Shown: positions 1 to 8,486 of the stretch, in pieces
How positions within the stretch are numbered: position 1 is the stretch's first letter
Layout: each line of letters begins with the position of its first letter
Assembly: GCA_963829285.1 (NCBI GenBank)
Contig: CAWHHW010000005.1
Span: 167,984-231,983 of the forward strand
DNA from: an uncultured Thermoleophilia bacterium
GTDB lineage: Bacteria > Actinomycetota > Thermoleophilia > Gaiellales > Gaiellaceae
Direction: 5' to 3'
DNA: 64,000 bases
Notes under the pieces: generated by a model
What the model was told of the DNA's origin: nothing
Seen by the model: only the letters and a program-made list of their open reading frames with translations
The model's database searches: none
Program-made: the position numbers and the translations under genes

Positions 1-2
1 CG

Positions 3-1418
3 TTGGAGGCGCTGGTGTCGGCTGCGTTCATTCTGATCGGCAGCAAGGTCGGCGATCTGATCGGGCGCAAGCGGGCCTTTGTCTTGGGGCTGCTCGCCTA
101 CGCGATTGGAGCGCTCGCGATGACGCTGGCGCAGGGCCTTACTGCGATCATCGTCTTTTGGGCGATCATCGGCGGTCTCGGAGCGTCGCTGCTGATGCCG
201 GCGATGCAGTCGCTGATCCACGGGAACTTCGAGGGGGCGGCTCGGACGAAGACGTACGCGCTGGTGGGCGCATCTGCCGCGATCGCTGCCGGTGTCGGCC
301 CCTTGATCGGTGGTTTTGTGACCACGTACCTTTCGTGGCGTGTCGGCTTCGGGCTCGAGGTCGTCGTGATCGCGGTCGTGTTGTCCCAGATCAAGCTCGT
401 CCACGACGTCGCCTACACGGGGCCGCGTCAAATCGATCTCGTTGGCGCGTTCCTTTCGGTCGTTGGCATGGGCGGTGTCGTGCTCGGCATTCTCGTCTGG
501 CAGGAGGGCGGCGAGTTCGTCGCGCTGCTGATCGCGATCGGCGCGGTCGCGCTGGCGCTGCTTTCCTGGTGGCTGGTGCGCCGCAAGCGGGCGGAGAAGC
601 CGACCGTGCTCGACCCAGGCCTATTCAAGTTCCCGCACTTCACCGCCGGGGTTTCCGGGCAGCTACTGCAGAACGTGACGCTCGGTGGCGCGATGATCGC
701 GCTCCCGATCTTCCTCCAGATGACGCTCGAGTACAACGCGATGAAGACCGGACTGACACTGGCGCCGCTCTCGCTGAGCATGTTCGCGATCGCGCTGCTC
801 GCCGGACGCAAAGCAGGCAGTCGGCGCCCGAGCAACATCATCCTGATCGGATTCGCGCTCTGTGCCGTCGGACTGGCCGCGATCATCCCGATCATTCCCC
901 GCACCGACTCCGGCTTGGCCCTCTTCATACCGTTGCTGATCACCGGCTCGGGCCTCGGGCTGCTCGTCTCGCAGCTGAACAACTACACCCTCTCCCCAAT
1001 CGAAGAGGAACGCGCGAGCGAGGCAGCCGGAGTGAATTCCGCTGCTGGCTCGTTCGGGCTCTCGTTCGGGCTCGCGATGGCCGGCGGGATCATGCTCGCC
1101 TTCCTCGCCTTCTCATTCACCCACCAGACCGAAAACAGCAACGTCATCCCACAAGCGCAGCAGCAGCAGATCGCCGACACCCTCGAGGACGACGCCGAGG
1201 TCATGAGCAACAGCCAGCTCGAACCCCTCCTCGCCGGCGAGCCGAAAGAAGTGCAAGCGGAAGTCCTCCACATCAACAAGCAGGCGCGGGACCGCTCGCT
1301 CCAGGTGGCCCTGCTCGTCCCCATCCTTGCGAGCCTTCTCGGCCTACTCAACGGCTTCCGCATGAGACGTCTACGCGACCCCGAACCCGCGAGCATCGAG
1401 GGCGTAGCTCTGGGTTAA
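3..1418 (+). CDS. MFS transporter, DHA2/14-TM type (5' truncated by window edge)
   Basis: Motif A-like GSKVGDLIGRKR, GPLIGGFVTTYLSWR, many TM helices. Confidence 0.9.
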   Translation: MEALVSAAFILIGSKVGDLIGRKRAFVLGLLAYAIGALAMTLAQGLTAIIVFWAIIGGLGASLLMPAMQSLIHGNFEGAARTKTYALVGASAAIAAGVGPLIGGFVTTYLSWRVGFGLEVVVIAVVLSQIKLVHDVAYTGPRQIDLVGAFLSVVGMGGVVLGILVWQEGGEFVALLIAIGAVALALLSWWLVRRKRAEKPTVLDPGLFKFPHFTAGVSGQLLQNVTLGGAMIALPIFLQMTLEYNAMKTGLTLAPLSLSMFAIALLAGRKAGSRRPSNIILIGFALCAVGLAAIIPIIPRTDSGLALFIPLLITGSGLGLLVSQLNNYTLSPIEEERASEAAGVNSAAGSFGLSFGLAMAGGIMLAFLAFSFTHQTENSNVIPQAQQQQIADTLEDDAEVMSNSQLEPLLAGEPKEVQAEVLHINKQARDRSLQVALLVPILASLLGLLNGFRMRRLRDPEPASIEGVALG

Positions 1419-1426
1419 GCGCACAA

Positions 1427-1455
1427 CTCAAGCAACATTCCCGAACACTGGCGCA
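1427..1455 (+). repeat. Cassette-boundary repeat copy 1 (CTCAAGCAACATTCCCGAACACTGGCGCA)
   Basis: 21-nt core ACATTCCCGAACACTGGCGCA identical to copies 3-5; 8 nt after MFS stop. Confidence 0.95.
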
Positions 1456-1469
1456 GACGACTGTCGGGT

Positions 1470-2129
1470 CTAGTCGGTTCCGGGGCGGACAAATCCGGTT
1501 TCGTAGGCAAATACGATTGCTTGGGCGCGGTCGCGCAGGCCGAGTTTGGAGAGGACGCGTGCCACGTGACTCTTGATGGTCGTTTCGCCGAGGAAGAGGT
1601 GTGTTGCGATCTCGGCGTTGGAGAGGCCGCGTGCGATGAGGCGAAGCACGTCGAGCTCGCGGTCGGTCAGGTCCGCCAGGGCATCGGGCGGGGCCGCTGT
1701 CGGAGGGGGCCGTTTGCAGAAGTCCTCGATCAGCCGTCGCGTGATGGACGGCGAGAGGAGGGCGTCGCCGCTGGCAACGGTTCGGACTGCAGCGGACAGC
1801 GTTTGCCGCGAGACGTCTTTGAGTAGGAAGCCGCTCGCGCCTGCCTTCATCGCCCGATAAACGTATTCGTCGAGGTCGAAGGTAGTGAGGACGAGGATGC
1901 GTGCTCGGGCACCTGCAGCGACGAGTTGCCTCGTTGCCTCAATCCCGTCGAGGTTGGGCATCCGGATGTCCATGAGGAGGACGTCGGGGTCGTGAACTCG
2001 CGTCGCGGAGAGCGCGGATTGGCCGTCGGCCGCTTCGCCGACGACGCGGATGTCGGGTTCGGCATCGAGGATCATGCGCAACCCTTCGCGGACGAGATCC
2101 TGGTCGTCGGCGATGACAACCTCGATCAC
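1470..2129 (-). CDS. NarL/LuxR-family response regulator
   Basis: IADDQDLVREG, LMDIRMP, LTTFDLDEY, C-terminal HTH LSNAEIA..TIKSHV. Confidence 0.97.
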   Translation of the reverse strand: MIEVVIADDQDLVREGLRMILDAEPDIRVVGEAADGQSALSATRVHDPDVLLMDIRMPNLDGIEATRQLVAAGARARILVLTTFDLDEYVYRAMKAGASGFLLKDVSRQTLSAAVRTVASGDALLSPSITRRLIEDFCKRPPPTAAPPDALADLTDRELDVLRLIARGLSNAEIATHLFLGETTIKSHVARVLSKLGLRDRAQAIVFAYETGFVRPGTD

Positions 2130-3307
2130 GATTGCGGCTCTTCGATCGGCAGTTGCGCGTGGACAGAGAAGCCGCCACCCGGTCGTGGCCCAGCGACGAT
2201 GCTGCCGCCGAAGAGCTCGATCCGCTCGCGCATGCCGACAAGCCCGTGCCCACCTACATCCCCACCGGTCGGGGCCTGCTCGGTTCCAGCATCGGTGACG
2301 TCGATCGTGACCTCGTCGGTCGTGGCCTTGACGACGACCTCGGTTGAGGCGCCGGGGGCGTGCTTGAGGGCGTTAGTAAGAGCCTCCTGGACAATGCGGT
2401 AGACGGCCAACTGCACCGCGGGCGCCATGGCGCTCATCTCACCGCTGAGTGAGAGCGTGATGGGGAGTCCGGCGGCTCGGACGTTGTCGACGAGGGGCTG
2501 GACGTCGGCGATCCCCGGTTGGGGTGCGATTGGCGCGCCCGCCTTGGGGTCGTCTGTTCGCAGCACCCCGAGCAGCCGCCGCATCTCGACCAGCGCCTGG
2601 CGCCCGCTGCGCTCGATCTTCTCGAGCGCCTCAGAGGAGCCGTTGTTGGCCTGCGCCTGCGCGCCGGCGGCCTGCAAAACGACCACGCTGAGATTGTGCG
2701 AAACGATGTCGTGCAGCTCGTGCGCCAGCCGTGAACGCTCCGCCGCCGCCGCTTCCACGGCGGCCTGCTCGCGCGCCGCCGCCTCCCTCTCGCGCACCCG
2801 GCGTGTGCGCACATGACGAACGACGAGACCCGCCAGCCAGGCTACGACCAGCAGAAGAAGAAAGAAAGCTCCCGCCCAGAGATCGCCGACACGGCCGCTG
2901 CGGACATTCGCGTCCACGACCGTGAACACGACGCACGCCGTCGCTCCAACCGCGAACCCTCTCAGCGCGTCCCGCTGGCTTCCGTATGCGGCCACCGAGT
3001 AGACAGCCACGTAGACGCTGAAGTTCTGGAAGCCCTCCGACTGGCCGTGACTCACGATCGCGAGGCCGACGAGCCCCACTCCCACCAACGCCGTCACGAG
3101 CAGGCCGCGGCTCCTTCGCCACAACACTGGCACGGTTACAAGTAGCGCGAAAGAAGTCAGCAACCACCGCGGCCCTGGTATGCCGCTCGACACCGGCGGC
3201 CCCACCCAAACCGACCACACACCGGCAAGAACGAACAGCCCAGCGACCGAAGCGTCGAAACACGACGAGCGCGTCAGCCGAACGGTCGCAAGACTCCGAT
3301 GTAACAC
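2126..3307 (-). CDS. HisKA_3 sensor histidine kinase
   Basis: N-terminal TMs, ERSRLAHELHDIVSH, QEALTNALKHA, GHGLVGMRER. Confidence 0.96.
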   Translation of the reverse strand: MLHRSLATVRLTRSSCFDASVAGLFVLAGVWSVWVGPPVSSGIPGPRWLLTSFALLVTVPVLWRRSRGLLVTALVGVGLVGLAIVSHGQSEGFQNFSVYVAVYSVAAYGSQRDALRGFAVGATACVVFTVVDANVRSGRVGDLWAGAFFLLLLVVAWLAGLVVRHVRTRRVREREAAAREQAAVEAAAAERSRLAHELHDIVSHNLSVVVLQAAGAQAQANNGSSEALEKIERSGRQALVEMRRLLGVLRTDDPKAGAPIAPQPGIADVQPLVDNVRAAGLPITLSLSGEMSAMAPAVQLAVYRIVQEALTNALKHAPGASTEVVVKATTDEVTIDVTDAGTEQAPTGGDVGGHGLVGMRERIELFGGSIVAGPRPGGGFSVHAQLPIEEPQS

Positions 3308-3362
3308 ACGCCAACGCTACAGCGGCACAACCCCGCACACACCCTCCCCGCGAACAACCCGT

Positions 3363-3380
3363 TTCATCCGAACTGATGAA
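3363..3380. promoter_or_regulatory. Inverted repeat TTCATC-N6-GATGAA, candidate response-regulator operator
   Basis: Perfect 6-bp IR between the divergent kinase and secreted-protein genes. Confidence 0.45.
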
Positions 3381-3459
3381 CAGAAACGTGCCTCCGGCCG
3401 CAGACACAAGACTTCTCGAGCCCTACCGTCGATCGAGCCACTCGACGAAAGGACCCCAC

Positions 3460-3918
3460 ATGTACAGGCCCCTGATCGGACTCGCCGGACTCGCGCTCGT
3501 CTGCGGCGCGACAGCCATTCCCTCTCTCGCCAGCAGCACCCGTGCCGGCCAGACCCTCTCTCTCACCGGAGTCGTCACCTCCATCCGACCGGTCGTCGAC
3601 GCCAAGCCCACTGGCCAGTCCCCTGGAGACGTCGCCGCGATCACCGGCAAGCTATTCCAGAAGGGCAAGCCATCCGGTCGCTACCACGGCGTCTGCATCC
3701 AGATCACCAAGACCGCCTCGCAGTGCTCCTTCACGCTCGGGCTCCCCGAAGGCCAGATCCTGATCCAATCCTCCTACGGCCCTGGCTTTAACACCGGAAA
3801 CACCGCCCGAGAACCCATCATCGGCGGCAGCGGCGCCTACAAGGGAGCCCGCGGCCAGAGCATCGGCACCGAAACCGACGACACCCACATCACCTTCCAC
3901 CTCCAACTCCTGCCCTAA
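3460..3918 (+). CDS. Secreted dirigent/allene-oxide-cyclase-like beta-barrel protein
   Basis: RBS AAAGGA, signal peptide, IIGGSGAYKGARG motif, Cys pair. Confidence 0.75.
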   Translation: MYRPLIGLAGLALVCGATAIPSLASSTRAGQTLSLTGVVTSIRPVVDAKPTGQSPGDVAAITGKLFQKGKPSGRYHGVCIQITKTASQCSFTLGLPEGQILIQSSYGPGFNTGNTAREPIIGGSGAYKGARGQSIGTETDDTHITFHLQLLP

Positions 3919-3970
3919 CACCCGGGCGGCGGGCACAACTCCCCGACCAGGCAGCCCGCCGCCCACTCTC

Positions 3971-3999
3971 CTCGGGTGACATTCCCGAACGCTGGCGCA
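3971..3999 (+). repeat. Cassette-boundary repeat copy 2 (CTCGGGTGACATTCCCGAACGCTGGCGCA)
   Basis: One mismatch to core. Confidence 0.95.
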
Positions 4000-4040
4000 G
4001 GCCAGTGGCTTCCCACGGCGGGAGCACGTAGTGTCGCAGG

Positions 4041-4583
4041 GTGATCGAGGTCGAGTTGCTTCTCGCGGCTGCGGCCGATGATCCCGTCCTCGTCGCGGAG
4101 CTCACAGTCCTCGTGAACCGCGCCTACGAGGTGGCCGAAGACGGCATGTGGAACGACGGCGTTGCACGAACCTCGGACGCCGAAGTGTCCGAAGCGATCG
4201 TGGACGGCGAGGTTGTCGTGGCCCGAGACGCCGGCCATATCGTGGGCTCGATCCGCACGCGGCTTCTCGACAGGGAGACGGGATGGTTCGGCGTTCTGGC
4301 CGTCGACGGTGCGAACGGTGGACAAGGCATCGGCAGCAAGCTCGTTGCGGACGCCGAGAGCCGCGCCCTATCGGCTGGCGCGAGCACCATGCAGCTCGAA
4401 CTACTCGTCCCCGTACAGCCACACGCGCACACCGATCGCCTTGCTGCTTGGTACGGCCGCTTGGGATATCGCAAGACCGGGCGGCTCGATCTCGCAGACG
4501 TTGAACCGACCGCCGTTCCCTTCGTCGCTCTGCCCTGCGAAGTCGCGGTCATGCAGAAGAGCCTCGCCGCCCCCGTCGGGTGA
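4041..4583 (+). CDS. GNAT N-acetyltransferase
   Basis: LAVD..GGQGIGSKLV, WYGRLGY; stop TGA lies inside repeat copy 3. Confidence 0.92.
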   Translation: MIEVELLLAAAADDPVLVAELTVLVNRAYEVAEDGMWNDGVARTSDAEVSEAIVDGEVVVARDAGHIVGSIRTRLLDRETGWFGVLAVDGANGGQGIGSKLVADAESRALSAGASTMQLELLVPVQPHAHTDRLAAWYGRLGYRKTGRLDLADVEPTAVPFVALPCEVAVMQKSLAAPVG

Positions 4584-4603
4584 CATTCCCGAACACTGGC
4601 GCA
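4575..4603 (+). repeat. Cassette-boundary repeat copy 3 (GTCGGGTGACATTCCCGAACACTGGCGCA)
   Basis: Perfect core. Confidence 0.95.
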
Positions 4604-4717
4604 TGCGAGCGGCTTCCACCTGACCACACAATCTCTAAGCTGTCGTCCCGCCGGTCTCAGATGTTGCGATACAGATAAGCGCGCCGGTCGTCCCGGTGGG
4701 CGGGAGGCAAGGTTCGA

Positions 4718-5368
4718 ATGATGCGACTCGAACGATTCGCCCCGTTGACGGGCGTCTTCGCTGTCATCTTGTGGGTGGTCGGCATTGCGCTGATTGACCG
4801 AGACATCCCCGGCGACAAGTCGCCGGGAAGCGAGATCGCGGCGTGGTTCGACGCCAAGTCCGGAACGATTCTGCTCGCGGTGACACTCTTCGGCATTGGA
4901 TCGGCCGCCTTCATGTGGTTCCTCGGAACCGTCGCAGCGCGCCTGCGGACAGCGAGCGGCGACGCGCGGCTACCCGCGATCATGTTCGTCACTGGGGCGG
5001 TGGCAATCGCGCTTGTCACGATGGGGCCTGGCAGCTACGCAGCAGGCGCACTCGCGTACTCGAGCCTCGGCCTCGATCGGACGCTGCAGCCCGACGCGGC
5101 CGAGGTGCTCTTCGTGCTCGGCCAAGGATTCTTCGTCGCGGCCGAGTTCATCGCCGTCGCGTGCATGGGCGCTGCAGGGCTGGCGATCCTGCGGAGCGCG
5201 ATTCTGCCTCGCTGGCTTGGCTGGGTAAACGTCGTGCTCGCAGTGATCCTGATCCTCACCCCGATCGGTTGGGCGGCTCTGTACCTCGGCATTCCACTCT
5301 GGACGCTCGTCACCGCGGTGCTGCTGTACCGGCGTTCGCCGACTGATTCGCCGCAGCCTGCGACATAA
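4718..5368 (+). CDS. Multi-pass membrane protein (DUF4386-like)
   Basis: About 6 TM segments, LPRWLGW motif; GGGAGG upstream. Confidence 0.75.
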   Translation: MMRLERFAPLTGVFAVILWVVGIALIDRDIPGDKSPGSEIAAWFDAKSGTILLAVTLFGIGSAAFMWFLGTVAARLRTASGDARLPAIMFVTGAVAIALVTMGPGSYAAGALAYSSLGLDRTLQPDAAEVLFVLGQGFFVAAEFIAVACMGAAGLAILRSAILPRWLGWVNVVLAVILILTPIGWAALYLGIPLWTLVTAVLLYRRSPTDSPQPAT

Positions 5369-5376
5369 GTCTCCCG

Positions 5377-5405
5377 CTCGGGTGACATTCCCGAACACTG
5401 GCGCA
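5377..5405 (+). repeat. Cassette-boundary repeat copy 4 (CTCGGGTGACATTCCCGAACACTGGCGCA)
   Basis: Perfect core; 8 nt after upstream stop. Confidence 0.95.
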
Positions 5406-5541
5406 GGGGACGTCGCTGACGCCCGGGCGCGCTTAGGCGGTCGGCGAGCGAGCGTCCCAGCGAACGCCTCGCGAGGCCTAGACATGTAGGGCGAGGCAGG
5501 GCCTGCGCCCGGGCGGACGCAGGCCCTCGAAACTCGAGCCG

Positions 5542-6036
5542 CTAGGGAAGCAGGTGGAGGTCCACGCTCGCTTTGTTCTGGTTTCCGTCCCCGAGGTCGT
5601 GGAAGTTGATGTAGCCGCGCGCGTTGTCGTACTTGCCGGTGCCGCCAACGACGGGGAGTGTGAACTTCGCTGGCCCGTTGGCCGGGAAGTGGAGGATTCC
5701 CTGTACGACGACTGTGCCGCCGGGAAGGTAGAACTGGGCGTTGAGGGAGCCAGTCCCGCCGTTCTGACCGACCGACATGAACGTGATGATTCCCCGGTCG
5801 CGGCCGACCTTCGCTCCGCGCTTGGTTCCGGCCCACTTGTAGAGCGTGTCGCCAATGTTGATCTGATCACCCGGCTGCGGCGGACGTTGAAACTCAAAGC
5901 CGTTCATCGCCGGCAGATTCTGCGAGTTAACGGCGAGCAGGCTGAACGCCTGCGGACTGCTGATCGCTGACGCCGATGCCACCCAAACCGCGACGGACAC
6001 GACGACGAGCGCAAGTACGACCCCGTACTTCTTCAT
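5542..6036 (-). CDS. Secreted dirigent/allene-oxide-cyclase-like protein
   Basis: MKKY signal peptide, RBS GAGGAG, VVGGTGKYDNARG motif, ends LHLLP like 3460-3918 (LQLLP). Confidence 0.78.
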   Translation of the reverse strand: MKKYGVVLALVVVSVAVWVASASAISSPQAFSLLAVNSQNLPAMNGFEFQRPPQPGDQINIGDTLYKWAGTKRGAKVGRDRGIITFMSVGQNGGTGSLNAQFYLPGGTVVVQGILHFPANGPAKFTLPVVGGTGKYDNARGYINFHDLGDGNQNKASVDLHLLP

Positions 6037-6152
6037 TCGACTCTCCTCGGAAGTTGACCCCCAGCCCCCCGACGAAACGGGAGCCTCAGAGGTGAGACTA
6101 GAAACGCCATCGGAAGTCGACGGAAGTCCTTACGTGCACCCGCCCGTCGCTG

Positions 6153-6181
6153 CTCGAGGGACATTCCCGAACACTGGCGCA
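6153..6181 (+). repeat. Cassette-boundary repeat copy 5 (CTCGAGGGACATTCCCGAACACTGGCGCA)
   Basis: Perfect core. Confidence 0.95.
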
Positions 6182-6242
6182 GACTGTGTTGCTGGTGTGT
6201 GAGGCTGGTGCAGTGCACGGCAGGGGGTCTATGCTTTCAGTC

Positions 6243-6617
6243 ATGTTCGGTGTGGTGGCCCACGTCAACGCGGTCAAGAGGCGCACCCAGTCGCTCGTGC
6301 AGCTGAACCTCGAGCTGGCGAAGCTTGAGGGAAAGCAGAAGGCGACAGCGGTCGGGATCGCCGGAGGTCTCGGTGCCGCTGCCGCCGTCCTACTCGTCTA
6401 CGCGATCGGCTTCCTCTTTGCCGCGATTGCGGCGGGGCTCAGTGAGACCCTTTCGCTCTGGCTGTCGTTGCTCATCGTCGCGATCGTCCTCGTCCTCGTC
6501 GCAGCGATCGTCGGCTATCTGGCGATGCGTTTCGCCCGCAAGGCTTCGCCCCCGAAGCCGTCTCAGGCACTCGAAGAGGCAGGCCGCACCATCGGAACGC
6601 TGCAGGGCCATGTCTGA
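6243..6617 (+). CDS. Phage holin family (YqjE-like) membrane protein
   Basis: LELAKLE + two TMs + PPKP; TATGCT 7 nt upstream of ATG. Confidence 0.8.
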   Translation: MFGVVAHVNAVKRRTQSLVQLNLELAKLEGKQKATAVGIAGGLGAAAAVLLVYAIGFLFAAIAAGLSETLSLWLSLLIVAIVLVLVAAIVGYLAMRFARKASPPKPSQALEEAGRTIGTLQGHV

Positions 6618-6810
6618 ATCACGCGGCGCCGAGGAGATCCGCAAGGAGATCGCGGCGGAGCGACAGGGCCTCGACGCTGATCTCAACGCGCTTCAGGCCG
6701 AGATCCGCTCGCTCGTGCCGCTGGTGGTAGCCGGTCTCGCGGTGGTGGCACTCGTGACGTTCCGCAAGAGCACGAGAGCAGGCCTCCGGATGATCTGGCG
6801 ACTCAGCTAG
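6610..6810 (+). CDS. Small DUF3618-like protein (coiled coil + C-terminal TM)
   Basis: MSESRGAEEIRKEIAAERQGL, overlaps holin-like gene stop, the usual pairing. Confidence 0.65.
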   Translation: MSESRGAEEIRKEIAAERQGLDADLNALQAEIRSLVPLVVAGLAVVALVTFRKSTRAGLRMIWRLS

Positions 6811-6872
6811 CCCGGCGCACGGCGGACTGCTCACCGATCGTCCGCCTCCACACAGTCGTTGAGTGCGAGGGG

Positions 6873-6901
6873 TTCAAGTGACATTCCCGAACGCTGGCGC
6901 A
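6873..6901 (+). repeat. Cassette-boundary repeat copy 6 (TTCAAGTGACATTCCCGAACGCTGGCGCA)
   Basis: One mismatch to core. Confidence 0.95.
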
Positions 6902-6971
6902 AGCGGCGCTGGACTCTCCAGATCCGGTGTGCGAGGCTCACGTGACGCTGGACGCCATGGAAGGAGCCGAC

Positions 6972-7385
6972 ATGTCATTGAATCGAGAGGAGCTATCCAA
7001 CTTCGCGCGGCGCTATACCGAGGCGTGGTGCAGTGGCGATCCATCGCGCGTCGCGGATCACTACTCGCGGCAAGGCTCGCTCACGATCAACGACGGCACC
7101 CCGTCCCTCGGACGGAATGCGATCACAGAAGCCGCGCAGGGCTTCATGGTCGGCTTCCCAGACCTGCAGGTGGAGATGGACGAGCTCCGCTTGGACGGAG
7201 CATCGCCCGAATACCACTGGACGCTGACGGGGACGAACACCGGGCCGGCCGGGACCGGACGATCGGTGCGGATCAGTGGACATGAGGAGTGGACGATCGG
7301 CGACGACGGCTTGATCGCAGCGTCACTCGGCCACTACGACCAGGCCGATTGGGATCGCCAGGTTACTGGCAACGCGGAAGGTTGA
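6972..7385 (+). CDS. SnoaL-like/NTF2 ester cyclase family protein
   Basis: RBS AAGGAG; FPDL, WTLTGTNTGP..TGRSVRISG. Confidence 0.9.
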   Translation: MSLNREELSNFARRYTEAWCSGDPSRVADHYSRQGSLTINDGTPSLGRNAITEAAQGFMVGFPDLQVEMDELRLDGASPEYHWTLTGTNTGPAGTGRSVRISGHEEWTIGDDGLIAASLGHYDQADWDRQVTGNAEG

Positions 7386-7391
7386 ACCCTC

Positions 7392-7421
7392 CTCGGTCGA
7401 CATTCCCCTATCGCCGGCGGA
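7392..7421 (+). repeat. Degenerate boundary repeat copy 7 (CTCGGTCGACATTCCCCTATCGCCGGCGGA)
   Basis: Left half conserved, right half decayed; 6 nt after stop. Confidence 0.7.
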
Positions 7422-7580
7422 GGCCGCCGGCTATCTCTTGATTGGTGCTCAGCCCGTTCGGGAATCGTCAGCGTGCGTGGCGTCGCGGGCACGTGGCCTG
7501 TTTCGGGGCACTAGTGTCACGCCGTTGTCGAGGGCCAGGATGAACGGCTACCCATCCTGGAGATCGGACCTGGAGGAGCT

Positions 7581-8486
7581 ATGGGAGCGGTAACGCTTGC
7601 GAGTTGGAAGGACGGGCCTACCAGGCAGGCGATCGTGGAATTCGTGGCGTCGGCGACGACGCCGGGGCCGGGGTTCGTGGCGGTGGCTGATCGGATTGCG
7701 ACGTTCGACAACGACGGGACGCTGTGGGTGGAGCAGCCGCTGCCGCCGCAGTTCGACTTCGTGTTCCGCCGCTGGGCGGACGAGGTCGAGCGGGACCCGT
7801 CGCTAGGAGAGCAGCAGCCGTACAAGGCGATCATCGCCCGGGACCCGGTGTTCTTTCAGGGGATTGCGAAGCAGGAGCCCGAGGTCATCGATGCACTGCT
7901 CGCGGCCTTCGTGCGGACCTGGGCGGGCACGACCCCCGAGGAGTTCGACGCGCAGGTGCGCGAGTGGCTGCAGACGGTGAAGCAGCCGAGGCTCGGAGTT
8001 CCCTACGTCGAACTGGTCTATCAGCCGATGCTGGAGCTTCTCGACTTCCTGAAGGCGAACGAGTTCCGGGTGTTCGTATGCTCGGGTGGAGGGCGCGACT
8101 TCATGCGCGTGTTCGCCGAGGAGACGTGGGGGATCTACAAGGAGAACGTGATCGGCTCGGCCGCCGAGTACACCTATGCAGAAGGGCATCTCGTCCGGGC
8201 CGAGCACCTGCTCGGGGGCCTCGTTCTCGGCCCTGGCAAGCCGGAGCACATCTTCGCCCAGACCGGACGGCTGCCCGTCTTCGCGGGAGGGAACGCGGAC
8301 GTGGATATCGAGATGCTCGAAGCCGCCCGATTCGCCGTGCTCGTCAACCACGACGACGAGGAGCGCGAGTTCGCCTACACCGGCGGAGCCGAGAAGTCGC
8401 TGGCCCGGGCGAAGGAGCTGGGCTGGACGGTCGTCAGCATCAAGGACGACTGGACGACCGTCTTCGGCACGGAGACGGCCCAATGA
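7581..8486 (+). CDS. HAD-family hydrolase/phosphatase
   Basis: TFDNDGTLWVEQP, SGGGRDFMR, GGNADVD. Confidence 0.92.
   Translation: MGAVTLASWKDGPTRQAIVEFVASATTPGPGFVAVADRIATFDNDGTLWVEQPLPPQFDFVFRRWADEVERDPSLGEQQPYKAIIARDPVFFQGIAKQEPEVIDALLAAFVRTWAGTTPEEFDAQVREWLQTVKQPRLGVPYVELVYQPMLELLDFLKANEFRVFVCSGGGRDFMRVFAEETWGIYKENVIGSAAEYTYAEGHLVRAEHLLGGLVLGPGKPEHIFAQTGRLPVFAGGNADVDIEMLEAARFAVLVNHDDEEREFAYTGGAEKSLARAKELGWTVVSIKDDWTTVFGTETAQ

Noticed and set aside
3971-3999. Canonical XerCD dif/pdif site
   Set aside because: Lacks the conserved ATAA-N6-TTAT core; only outer-arm resemblance.
6243-6617. Prophage suggested by holin-family gene
   Set aside because: YqjE-like family is commonly chromosomal; no other phage genes nearby.
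1427-6901. CRISPR array interpretation of the 29-bp repeat
   Set aside because: Intervals are 0.5-2.5 kb and contain whole genes; no cas genes are present.
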